The notes under the pieces were generated by a model. It was given only the letters and a program-made list of their open reading frames with translations. It did no database searches and was not told the DNA's origin. 64,000 nucleotides of DNA from positions 385 to 64,384 of the forward strand of contig JACPGS010000005.1 in the NCBI GenBank assembly GCA_016189025.1, written 5' to 3'. The stretch's first letter is position 1. Each line of letters opens with the position of its first letter. This document shows, piece by piece, positions 8,779-16,997 of this stretch. Both the position numbers and the translations under genes were made by a program. This DNA comes from Candidatus Magasanikiibacteriota bacterium (lineage in GTDB: Bacteria; Patescibacteriota; Patescibacteriia; Magasanikbacterales; GWA2-37-8).

Positions 8779-8973
8779 CTATATAATTTTTAAATCGGAT
8801 AATTTCTCCAAAATCATAGCACCTATTTCGGTATCATTATCCACTTCCAAAAAGGCTACCTGCCAAGTAATTGGACCTTTGCCGGGGATAACCAAAATAA
8901 CTTCTTCGCGGAAATTTATAGGAAGATTAGCAAAAACTTTATAGAATTGTTGTTTTTGTTGTTCTTTGCTCAT
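8779..8973 (-). CDS. hypothetical small protein (64 aa)
   Basis: First gene of the AT-rich three-gene cassette; 4-nt gap to the next gene. Confidence 0.35.
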   Translation of the reverse strand: MSKEQQKQQFYKVFANLPINFREEVILVIPGKGPITWQVAFLEVDNDTEIGAMILEKLSDLKII

Positions 8974-9120
8974 ATAGTTTATACTACTCTAAACACTCAT
9001 AAAATTCAATACTTACCAATGCATACCGATCTTTTAATACTTATCCTTAATTTCCCATGTTCTTTCAGGAGTCTTGGTCATATAATACATTTCACCTTCT
9101 ATAAATTTAGTATGGTTATA

Positions 9121-9338
9121 CAACCAAATCCGAACCTATTTTATCGCAAATGTGTAATTTTGGGAAGGCCGCCCGACGGCTCCGCGCCCCGACCGAAGCG
9201 TCGGGGCTGGCAAATCCCGCAAAAATTTTCAATTCTTTTTATAGGGCGCGAAGCGGGCAAAAATTCCCTCTCCCTAACCCTCTTCCTTTTTGCCCGCTTA
9301 CGAGGGCGGCGGCCGATTTTTTGGGCGGGCGGCGGGCG
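9121..9338. repeat. long inverted repeat A, copy 1; partner at 14195..14518
   Basis: About 218 bp nearly identical to the reverse complement of 14195..14518, which carries an extra insertion of about 110 bp. Contains the hairpin GCCCCGACcgaagcGTCGGGGC. ORFs inside it (9150..9524, 9141..9428) are repeat artefacts. Confidence 0.7.
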
Positions 9339-9342
9339 GACG

Positions 9343-10050
9343 TTAGTAAATGTTCTTTTTCGGTCTGTTCTGTCCTTTCCACCAATCTTTTCTCCGCTCA
9401 TTCTCTTGATAAGCAAAGGGTCGTCCAAGATGTATCAAATCCATCTCCTCTTTCATCTTTTCCGGAGATTTATCTGAAAACTCAAGACTCAACGCATACA
9501 GCGACAGCTCTCCATAGGTGTTGATTGGTGATCCAATGTATTGAGGTATCTGTGTTGGATGTTTTCTCGAATGTCGTTTAAGATATGCAAACCACTGCTT
9601 TCCCTTAAAATTACGTCCTTGCTCAATAAAATATATTTTGCCTTGATCTTTTTCAGGATCATGCCAAGGGTAAAATGAATCCTCACGCGGATGGTATTGT
9701 ATTCCTATCTCGCGCGAATCAGGAAAAGTGCGATCTTCTCTTAACTCGCCAACCGTGCGATCAGCGATCTCCGCCAGTGTTGATCCTTGCAACACCTTGT
9801 CCGCTTCGTATCTCCCGCCCGGCCCGTCCGCCGCAAATACTCGCTCTTGAAATTTACCCCATCGAGCTGCGCTGCGTGATTCTCTGTACAATTCAATAAA
9901 TTGGCGCACGGCTTCTTCTTCCTTGCGTCGTTCTTCTTCTCGTTTTTGTTTTCTTCCGGCATCTTCAAAACCCTCCGTATCTTCGACGGTTCTGCGTGCC
10001 TGGTCTTCATCACCAGTATGCGGCTGCTGTGACTCTCCACGCTCTGGCAT
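9343..10050 (-). CDS. hypothetical protein (235 aa), Glu/Arg-rich N-terminus
   Basis: Last gene of the minus-strand operon, directly after the PRMT-like gene. Confidence 0.45.
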   Translation of the reverse strand: MPERGESQQPHTGDEDQARRTVEDTEGFEDAGRKQKREEERRKEEEAVRQFIELYRESRSAARWGKFQERVFAADGPGGRYEADKVLQGSTLAEIADRTVGELREDRTFPDSREIGIQYHPREDSFYPWHDPEKDQGKIYFIEQGRNFKGKQWFAYLKRHSRKHPTQIPQYIGSPINTYGELSLYALSLEFSDKSPEKMKEEMDLIHLGRPFAYQENERRKDWWKGQNRPKKNIY

Positions 10051-10052
10051 AA

Positions 10053-10922
10053 TCAGTTAATTAATTTTGCTCTGCATCGTATTGCATCCCAATTTGTATG
10101 ATAGCTGTAACGAATATCTAATTGGATCATATCACCTTTTATCACATGCACATCTTTGTTGAGTGGTATAATAACCGGCGGCATCAAACTATCAGAGGAC
10201 TCAAAATTGATCCCATCATAAACTTGAAGAGGAGAAGTTAATCGCAAGCTATTTAAGGTTCCTTCCCGCGCTATCTTGATCTTGATACTCCTGTTGATTC
10301 GTAAAGAATTCTGCTGCCGAAGGTCAATCGTGGTAAATAGTTGTCGTTTCGACAGTATACGCGGTTTTTTGACTCCAGTAAACCCAAAATAATGGGTTCT
10401 TATCTCCACCGCATTTTCAAATTGATATTGAGATTGGGCAAGCTCAACATAATTGAAAATAAGGGCTGGAATTCGTGCGCCATCTTGCTTGATAAGATTT
10501 TTGTTGATGTAATTCAATATTGGGATCTGCGGCTCCGTCACTTGCCAAGTGCTTAAATTTTCCGCAATCACCACATCTACTTTTTCATCATCAAGGTCTT
10601 CGAGTGTAGTCTTGAAAATATCCTTACGAATAAGTTTGATGCGATCTTGAAAACCACTCTTTCTTATGTTCGCCTCGGCAAAGCGTGCGACTTTCGGGTC
10701 AATCTCTACTGCATATACTTTTTTCGCTCCCGCTTTTGCCGCAAGAATACTTAAAATACCTGAACCCGCGCCGCTTTCCAAGACCCGCTTGCCCTTGCAC
10801 ACCTTTTGTATCGCCTTCTTAAATGGCGTGACTCGTTTCGCATCGGATACCATTTCGTAATGATAGGGCAGCCCAAGCGCTTCTGCCTGCTGTGGATTGT
10901 TGTATTGAATTCTTGATGTCAT
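10053..10922 (-). CDS. class I SAM-dependent methyltransferase with protein-arginine-methyltransferase (PRMT)-like core
   Basis: VLESGAGSGILSILAAKAGAKKVYAVE closely matches PRMT/CARM1 motif I plus post-I. VDVVIAENLSTWQVTE resembles the double-E loop. THYFG resembles the THW loop. A C-terminal beta-rich domain follows. Confidence 0.6.
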   Translation of the reverse strand: MTSRIQYNNPQQAEALGLPYHYEMVSDAKRVTPFKKAIQKVCKGKRVLESGAGSGILSILAAKAGAKKVYAVEIDPKVARFAEANIRKSGFQDRIKLIRKDIFKTTLEDLDDEKVDVVIAENLSTWQVTEPQIPILNYINKNLIKQDGARIPALIFNYVELAQSQYQFENAVEIRTHYFGFTGVKKPRILSKRQLFTTIDLRQQNSLRINRSIKIKIAREGTLNSLRLTSPLQVYDGINFESSDSLMPPVIIPLNKDVHVIKGDMIQLDIRYSYHTNWDAIRCRAKLIN

Positions 10923-10924
10923 AA

Positions 10925-11740
10925 TTACAAATTTTTATATATTTCCAAGTCTAGTTTCACAGATCCGAGTGACTCTTTTGTGACCACTCCTTGCACATAT
11001 CTTTTAATTTCAATGAATGATTGTGAAAATTCTGTTTTGAGATCACGAGGGCGCGGTAGATTAACGGTAACTTTTTCACGAATAGTGCCCGGCGATGGAG
11101 CCAAAATGTATACATTGTCACCGAGAAAGACCGCTTCCTCAACATCATGGGTAACAAAAACAACTGTCCTTGGTTCATATTGCAATATTTGCAAAAAAAG
11201 ATCCTGCATAAGCCGCTTCGTCTGCACATCGAGTGCGGCAAATGGTTCATCCATTAAAAGTATTTTTGGGTTCGTCGCAAATGCTCGTCCTAACGCGACT
11301 CGTTGTTGCATGCCGCCCGAGAGTTCCTTCGGATACGCTTTCTCAAAACCCTTCAATCCAATTGCTTCAATGTAGTGCGCAACGATTTGTGAGCGTTTAT
11401 CTGGAGCTGTATTTCGTATAAAAAGTCCGAATCCGATATTATCCTCAACCGTGAGCCAGGGAAAAAGATTGTAATGTTGAAATACGACGCCGCGATCATG
11501 TGAATCTCCGTCAATTTGTTTTCCATATTCCAGAACCCGTCCTGCGGTCGGTTTGAGTAGGCCAGCCAATAACTTAATGAGTGTGGACTTCCCGCAGCCG
11601 GAAGGACCAATCAAAGAAACAAATTCGCCCTCATGCACCTCAAAATTGACATCTTTGAGTGCGTCAATCGTTTCTCTGGTGGAGAGAAGATATTGTTTTG
11701 AAACATGTTCGATTGATAAAATAGGTTTTTTCTTGAGCAT
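10925..11740 (-). CDS. ABC transporter ATP-binding protein (NitT/TauT = nitrate/sulfonate/bicarbonate family)
   Basis: GPSGCGKSTL Walker A, LSGGMQQRVALGRA signature, LLMDEPFAALD Walker B. Start taken at MLKKKPILSIEHV. Confidence 0.85.
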   Translation of the reverse strand: MLKKKPILSIEHVSKQYLLSTRETIDALKDVNFEVHEGEFVSLIGPSGCGKSTLIKLLAGLLKPTAGRVLEYGKQIDGDSHDRGVVFQHYNLFPWLTVEDNIGFGLFIRNTAPDKRSQIVAHYIEAIGLKGFEKAYPKELSGGMQQRVALGRAFATNPKILLMDEPFAALDVQTKRLMQDLFLQILQYEPRTVVFVTHDVEEAVFLGDNVYILAPSPGTIREKVTVNLPRPRDLKTEFSQSFIEIKRYVQGVVTKESLGSVKLDLEIYKNL

Positions 11741-11744
11741 AGAA

Positions 11745-12509
11745 TTACCAGAAAAAATACTTTTCTCGCACGCGGCGCAACAGATAATCAGACAAAAGGG
11801 CAACTGCCGCGATCAAAATGAGTCCGGCAAAAACCTCATGGCTCCTCTGAAGCCGTCCCGCGATGTTGATGAGGTATCCCAGGCCGTTTTTTGCGTTAAT
11901 AATCTCGGCAAGAATTACATACGTCCATCCGATACCATTCATCACAATGATGCCATCAAGCATTTGCGGTAGCGCATGCGGCCAGTAGACGCGACGGGCG
12001 ATTGTTGCCCAAGATGCGCCAAATGATCGCGCAACGTCAATGTATTCTTGGGGAGTATGTCGAATAGCATTCCGAACTACGGGAATAATGTAAAATGCGA
12101 CTCCAACAAAAAGAAAAATAATCTTCATTGTCTCCCCGATTCCAAACCAAAGTATAAGTAACGGGATTAATGCCGTGATCGGGAGATAACGAAGCGGCTG
12201 GGTCAATGGATTCAGAAGGTATTCTATCCGTTTAGAAATCCCCATTAAGACCCCAATAATGGAACCGAAAATTACCGCGAGAAATGTGGCACTAGCAATA
12301 CGCGCAAAACTAATGAATAGTGCGCGAGCAAAACGTCCGCTCACAAGAAGCTCCCAAAGAGCGGACGCGGTACTGGATGGGGTTGGTAAAAAAATAGGGC
12401 GAACCAGTCCCGCGGTGGTTACCAGATGCCAAATCACAAGCACCACAACGATTGTTGTGGTACCCAATAGAAATGCTTGTGATAAACGAAATACAAATTT
12501 TCTCTTCAT
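11745..12509 (-). CDS. ABC transporter permease (SsuC/TauC-like, BPD_transp_1)
   Basis: Six TM segments and an EAA-like loop; adjacent to the ATPase gene. Confidence 0.85.
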   Translation of the reverse strand: MKRKFVFRLSQAFLLGTTTIVVVLVIWHLVTTAGLVRPIFLPTPSSTASALWELLVSGRFARALFISFARIASATFLAVIFGSIIGVLMGISKRIEYLLNPLTQPLRYLPITALIPLLILWFGIGETMKIIFLFVGVAFYIIPVVRNAIRHTPQEYIDVARSFGASWATIARRVYWPHALPQMLDGIIVMNGIGWTYVILAEIINAKNGLGYLINIAGRLQRSHEVFAGLILIAAVALLSDYLLRRVREKYFFW

Positions 12510-12550
12510 GCAACGAGTGGCTAATTAAGAGCTAAAGCTCGCTTTGCCTA

Positions 12551-12916
12551 CTAAAGCATTCTACCAATCATGAGCGCGAGCTCTAAGCCATCCTCAATCG
12601 CTGCGGTTGGCGCCTCACTCGGCTGGAGATCTCCGTAAAGATGCACCTCGTCAGTAATTCGGATGCTGTAGACAATTTTTCGGTTCAGAGATACCATCAG
12701 CCAGTTTCTGTCGCCGGCAGGATCAATCTTTGTCGCTTTATTTGTCTCAACATCCATGTATAGCTTCTCTACTTTCATGAATTTTTTTGTATCACCAGAA
12801 CTAAATGTGGTTGCGATCACTTTTTGCTTGGGAAGGTTATAAACCATCAAACCATTGATGTCCGGATCTTTTGTAACTACCTCGTTGATTAGTTTCGCAA
12901 TTTTTTCTTGTTGCAT
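12551..12916 (-). CDS. hypothetical protein (121 aa), possibly a roadblock/LC7-like small alpha/beta protein
   Basis: Conserved-looking small ORF inside the transporter operon; no diagnostic motif. Confidence 0.4.
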   Translation of the reverse strand: MQQEKIAKLINEVVTKDPDINGLMVYNLPKQKVIATTFSSGDTKKFMKVEKLYMDVETNKATKIDPAGDRNWLMVSLNRKIVYSIRITDEVHLYGDLQPSEAPTAAIEDGLELALMIGRML

Positions 12917-12972
12917 AATTCGTGGGGTTATTATTTATTGATTATAAGTAGCCAGCAAGTCGACCTTTTACC

Positions 12973-14061
12973 TTACTTGGCGTAAATTTTACGAATAACT
13001 GAATCGTCTTTTGCTTGTACGGCATCAAGCGGTTTCTCTATCATACCGAGCGACTTCCAAACCTCGCTTGCATTTGCGAAAACTGAATCAAAGAGAGCTG
13101 GCTGTCCATCAAGACCAAACATGCGGGCATTATCTTCAAGGTTCGGCCAATATACCCATGATAGACTTTCTTTCGTCGTCCCAATTCCTAAATCCGCAAA
13201 AAGCGGCTCATTCTCTACTAACACTTGCGCCGCAAAATCAGGATTGCGTTTTGCTTCTTCTACTCCATCTAACCAGCCACGCACGAATGCTTCTATTGCT
13301 TTCGGATGTGCGTTAATGAATTCCTGCTTTGCTACCATGACATCCGCAATAATGTTCGGAAAATCTTGCGTACTGATTAAAACATGGGCACTTTGCTTTT
13401 TCAGTGCTTGTTTTACATCCGGTTCCCACAATACTGCGGCATTGACTTGTCCGGCGGCAAACGCAGCTCTGGCAGTTTGCACATCTTGCGTGAATACAAG
13501 ACCATCGCGTATTTTTTGTTGTTCGGTTTCAGTGAGTTGTGAACTGCGCAACGCTGTTTCTAAAAGCCAGTGGCTTGGAGTAAACTGGACCAAAGATATT
13601 TTCTTACCCTTCAAATCTTCCACCCTCTTGATATCGGTGTCCGCCACCAAAGCATCTCCTCCTCGACTCCAGTCAACGTGTAAAAACGCTTTTCCATTGA
13701 TCCCGCCTGCGACGAAATTGGGAAGCTCATTTGCCCAGAAATCAATCGTTGACCACACTACATCAACGCCATCGGGGCCGCCTTTTGCAAAGGCTTTCCC
13801 TCGCGCGTCAATATCTTCAATCAGCACAAAGCGGACAGGCAAGCCATATTTTTTGGTATATATGCTTTCTGGATTTTCTTTGAATCCGCCATTAGCCACA
13901 ATTCCTCCAGCATAACCTGGCCAGGAAACGACGCCTACAATCAATGGGCGATCAAGGTCTACCCGCGACAATGGACTGCGCGCTCCGCGATTAGCGTAGA
14001 TGAGAGTGGCTACTATTATTAAAACTAAAATCCCCGCGAACACCAATTTTTTGTGTTTCAT
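12973..14061 (-). CDS. ABC transporter substrate-binding protein (NMT1/SsuA/TauA-like)
   Basis: N-terminal signal/TM segment followed by a periplasmic-binding fold; operon context. Confidence 0.8.
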   Translation of the reverse strand: MKHKKLVFAGILVLIIVATLIYANRGARSPLSRVDLDRPLIVGVVSWPGYAGGIVANGGFKENPESIYTKKYGLPVRFVLIEDIDARGKAFAKGGPDGVDVVWSTIDFWANELPNFVAGGINGKAFLHVDWSRGGDALVADTDIKRVEDLKGKKISLVQFTPSHWLLETALRSSQLTETEQQKIRDGLVFTQDVQTARAAFAAGQVNAAVLWEPDVKQALKKQSAHVLISTQDFPNIIADVMVAKQEFINAHPKAIEAFVRGWLDGVEEAKRNPDFAAQVLVENEPLFADLGIGTTKESLSWVYWPNLEDNARMFGLDGQPALFDSVFANASEVWKSLGMIEKPLDAVQAKDDSVIRKIYAK

Positions 14062-14194
14062 ATTGAGCTACGAATTATCATAAATCATTGTAATTATTAT
14101 ACCAGATTGGATGTGAATACACAATCGTCGTAGGGGAGTTCATATTTGTTGCGCGCGCAAGGGTGGGTGGGGCAAGCGCAACGACTATTATTTC

Positions 14195-14518
14195 GCCCGC
14201 CGCCCGCCCAAAAATCGCCTGCCGTCCTCGCAAGCGGGCAAAAAGGAAGAGGGTCAGGGAGAGGGAATTTTTGCCCGCTTGCGTTTCGCGCCGAAGGCGC
14301 GATGGGGAAAGCGGCTCCGCCTCCGCCGAATGGCGGAGAGACAATCCCGCAAAAATTTTCTTCCTTATTTGGAAAAGAAAAATCGCGCGCGCCCTATAAA
14401 AAGAATTGAAAATTTTTGCGGGATTTGCCAGCCCCGACGCTTCGGTCGGGGCGCGGAGCCGTCGGGCGGCCTTCCCAAAATTACACATTTGCGATAAAAT
14501 AGGTTCGGATTTGGTTGT
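14195..14518. repeat. long inverted repeat A, copy 2 (with an insertion of about 110 bp)
   Basis: Reverse complement of 9121..9338. ORF 14078..14629 and others inside it are repeat artefacts. Confidence 0.7.
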
Positions 14519-14519
14519 T

Positions 14520-14577
14520 TGTCGCCGATTTTTGGCGCGCCGAGGCGCGCCTGTTTCCCCGCCAAGAGGAGGTTCGA
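14520..14577. repeat. 58-bp inverted repeat, left copy, flanking the serine recombinase gene
   Basis: TGTCGCCGATTTTTGGCGCGCCGAGGCGCGCCTGTTTCCCCGCCAAGAGGAGGTTCGA is perfectly reverse-complementary to 16181..16238. Confidence 0.75.
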
Positions 14578-14794
14578 CATCCCGTGCGATTTTGAAATTC
14601 TGTATCGTTTGAGTATTTGCTTTGCCCAATACAAAAAGAATTTTTGCGACAGGGATAAGGTATGGTATACTGATAATGCTACCAACCTAAATCCGAGAAA
14701 CTCTTTTTTAATGGCCGTCTCGGACAATCTTTGAGAGTTTCTCTCTTGGGTTGGTAGCACCGGGGCGGCCATTTAAGTTTTAACGCATAAACAT

Positions 14795-16354
14795 ATGACG
14801 CAAAAATTCTTTTTGTACACCCGCAAGTCTACGGATGTTGAGGATAAACAAATCCTCTCGATTGAAGCCCAACTCACAGAATTGCGCGCCTTTGCCAAAG
14901 AGAATAATTTGGAAATCGTGGAGGAGTTAATTGAAAAACAAACCGCGAAAGTGCCGGGTCGTCCCATTTTTAATGTTATGCTTGCCAGAATAGAAAAAGG
15001 AGAGGCCAATGGAATTTTGTCTTGGCACGCAGATCGTTTGGCGCGCAATTCCGTGGACGGTGGAAGAATTATTTACTTGCTTGATATAGGTAGACTTGCG
15101 GCGTTGAAATTTCCAACGCTGTGGTTTGACAACACGCCGCAAGGAAAGTTCATGCTCAACATCGCTTTTGGGCAAAGCAAATACTACGTTGATTCACTTT
15201 CGGAGAATGTGAAACGAGGATTGCGCCAAAAAGTCAGACGCGGAGAATATCCGAGCATTGCGCCAGTCGGCTATCTCAATGACGTGCGGCTGAAAACAGT
15301 CGTAGTGGACAAAAAGAAGTCGGCGATTATTAGTCAAGCGTTCGAACTCTACGCGAAAAATGACAGCCGTCTCGAAGATATATCTGACTTTTTGGCGCAC
15401 CAAGGCATTACCTCTCGCGGTGGCAAACCGCTCAAACGAGACAGAATTTCTTTTATCCTTTCCAACCCGTTCTATGTTGGGCTGTTTCAGTACGCAGGCG
15501 AGCTTTACGAAGGAAAACACCAGCCAGTTATCTCAAAGAAAATTTTTGACCACGTGCAGGAAGTATTAAAGCAGAGAGGACGGCCGCACCATAAAATCAA
15601 GAATGAATCGCAACCGTTCTGCGGACTTTTTTACTGCACCTGCGGCATGATGATTACTGGCGAATACAAGGTTAAGAGACAAAAAAATGGCAACGTGCAT
15701 TACTACACTTACTACCATTGCTCCCGAAAATCCAAAACCATCATTTGCAAAGAACCTTGTATTCGCCAAGAGGCATTGGATATACAGGTGTCCTCTCTGC
15801 TTCAAAAATTTTCTTTGAGCGAGGATTGGGCGGCGGAACTTTTGAAAATGTTTGAAAAGGACAGCGTGCAAGCCGCCCAATCCTCGACGGCTTTTGTTCA
15901 AGAGGCGCAGGGGAAGATTGAGGAAATTAAAACCAAGCTCCAGCGACTTCTGGACTCATATTTAGAGCAGGATGTTGAGCGCGAAGTGTATCTCAAAAAG
16001 AAGGCGGAACTGATGGGCGAAAAGAAGTCGTTGGAAGAAAAAAGTATCACTCTTAAACAAAAGCAAACTGGCTGGGTCGAACCGATGCGGAAATGGATAA
16101 AACAGGCAGAATATCTGCCCAAAATCGCATGGGATAGCAACCTTTTTGGCAAAAAGGTTGCCGCCAAAGAAATCTTTGGGTCGAACCTCCTCTTGGCGGG
16201 GAAACAGGCGCGCCTCGGCGCGCCAAAAATCGGCGACAATTGGGGGCAAAATCAATGGGCGGCCTTGCAGGCCGCCCACCAATTGGCTTCTGAAAACCCG
16301 AAAAGTTTTGTATTGGTACCGCGTACGGGAATCGAACCCGTGTTTGATGGCTGA
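14795..16354 (+). CDS. large serine recombinase (resolvase/invertase N-terminal domain + recombinase domain + zinc ribbon + coiled coil)
   Basis: N-terminal YTRKSTDVEDKQ...SIEAQ catalytic-serine region, Cys cluster CGLFYCTCG...YYHCSRK, long coiled-coil tail. The ORF reads through the right IR into tRNA-Glu, so the true C-terminus is uncertain. Confidence 0.75.
   Translation: MTQKFFLYTRKSTDVEDKQILSIEAQLTELRAFAKENNLEIVEELIEKQTAKVPGRPIFNVMLARIEKGEANGILSWHADRLARNSVDGGRIIYLLDIGRLAALKFPTLWFDNTPQGKFMLNIAFGQSKYYVDSLSENVKRGLRQKVRRGEYPSIAPVGYLNDVRLKTVVVDKKKSAIISQAFELYAKNDSRLEDISDFLAHQGITSRGGKPLKRDRISFILSNPFYVGLFQYAGELYEGKHQPVISKKIFDHVQEVLKQRGRPHHKIKNESQPFCGLFYCTCGMMITGEYKVKRQKNGNVHYYTYYHCSRKSKTIICKEPCIRQEALDIQVSSLLQKFSLSEDWAAELLKMFEKDSVQAAQSSTAFVQEAQGKIEEIKTKLQRLLDSYLEQDVEREVYLKKKAELMGEKKSLEEKSITLKQKQTGWVEPMRKWIKQAEYLPKIAWDSNLFGKKVAAKEIFGSNLLLAGKQARLGAPKIGDNWGQNQWAALQAAHQLASENPKSFVLVPRTGIEPVFDG
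16181..16238. repeat. 58-bp inverted repeat, right copy
   Basis: Perfect reverse complement of 14520..14577. Confidence 0.75.
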
Positions 16355-16388
16355 GAACCATCTGTCCTAGCCCCTAGACGAACGCGGC
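16314..16388 (-). tRNA. tRNA-Glu (anticodon CTC)
   Basis: Minus-strand sequence GCCGCGTTCGTCTAGGGGCTAGGACAGATGGTTCTCAGCCATCAAACACGGGTTCGATTCCCGTACGCGGTACCA. Glu-type D-arm, anticodon loop TTCTCAG, TTCGATT T-loop, CCA end. Confidence 0.75.
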
Positions 16389-16450
16389 ATACAATGAACA
16401 GCAGAGAGTATAAAACATTTATCCGGTCGCGTCAACGCTGACTCCCGCCG

Positions 16451-16942
16451 TTAGAATTCGTACACAAAAATGCCCTGCTCGGAGTGGGTAGGCTGGCGAC
16501 CAGGCAACGAAAAAGCGTAGGAAACGACCTTCGCCCCCGGTGGTAACTCGCGGGTAAGTTTGGGAAGCAGTTGCGCCATAAACCGACGCGATAAAAAAGC
16601 AAAAACTACCTCGGCCTGGCTTAAATCCGCCCGGTAAAGCGAGCGCCAATACACCTGCACCCGACCCGCTAGTCCCCGCCGGCGAATCTGCCACCTAGTC
16701 CACCAATAAAGCCAGGGGTTAAGTTCGTAGCCCGCTGCCGCGGCGCCCCGCGCTGCTGCCAGCCATAGCAAGCGCCCGGCGCCGGAGCCCAAATCCACTA
16801 CCCGCGTACCCGGTTTAATTGCGGCAAGCTCTATCATGCGCACTGCCTGCTGGCGATGAGTAGGGATAAAAGGCACTCCTAGGAAGGCGGAAATGGCGAT
16901 AATAGAGAATAAAAGGAATAAGAAAATAATTATGCCAAACAT
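16451..16942 (-). CDS. small membrane-anchored class I SAM-dependent methyltransferase
   Basis: N-terminal TM segment, then VVDLGSGAGRLL motif I. Confidence 0.55.
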   Translation of the reverse strand: MFGIIIFLFLLFSIIAISAFLGVPFIPTHRQQAVRMIELAAIKPGTRVVDLGSGAGRLLWLAAARGAAAAGYELNPWLYWWTRWQIRRRGLAGRVQVYWRSLYRADLSQAEVVFAFLSRRFMAQLLPKLTRELPPGAKVVSYAFSLPGRQPTHSEQGIFVYEF

Positions 16943-16960
16943 AGTGGCAGGGGATTCTTC

Positions 16961-16977
16961 CCCCGACTAAGTCGGGG
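16961..16977. repeat. core palindrome CCCCGACTAAGTCGGGG (intergenic copy)
   Basis: Identical 17-nt palindrome also found at 19535, 25484 and 29641; variants at 4963 and 19731. Confidence 0.6.
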
Positions 16978-16997
16978 TCAGAATGACACAGAAAGAT

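Larger units (their letters stand above)
9121..16388. mobile_element. putative integrated mobile region: IR-A / cargo operon / IR-A' / IR58 / large serine recombinase / IR58' / tRNA-Glu
   Basis: Nested inverted repeats, a recombinase gene abutting a tRNA 3-prime end, and the AT-rich cassette immediately outside at 7917..9100. Confidence 0.4.

Noticed and set aside
9141-9524. ORFs 9150..9524(+), 9141..9428(-), 14078..14629(-), 14365..14772(-) and others with shared peptide strings (MCNFGKAARRLRAPTEASG..., SNLLLAGKQARLGAPKIGD)
   Set aside because: They lie inside the inverted-repeat copies (IR-A and IR58). The shared peptides simply reflect the repeated DNA, not conserved genes.
16419-16694. 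91-aa ORF overlapping the 16451..16942 methyltransferase gene in another frame
   Set aside because: The 163-aa frame carries the SAM-binding motif and a TM anchor; the alternative frame is Gly/Ala-rich and has no signals.
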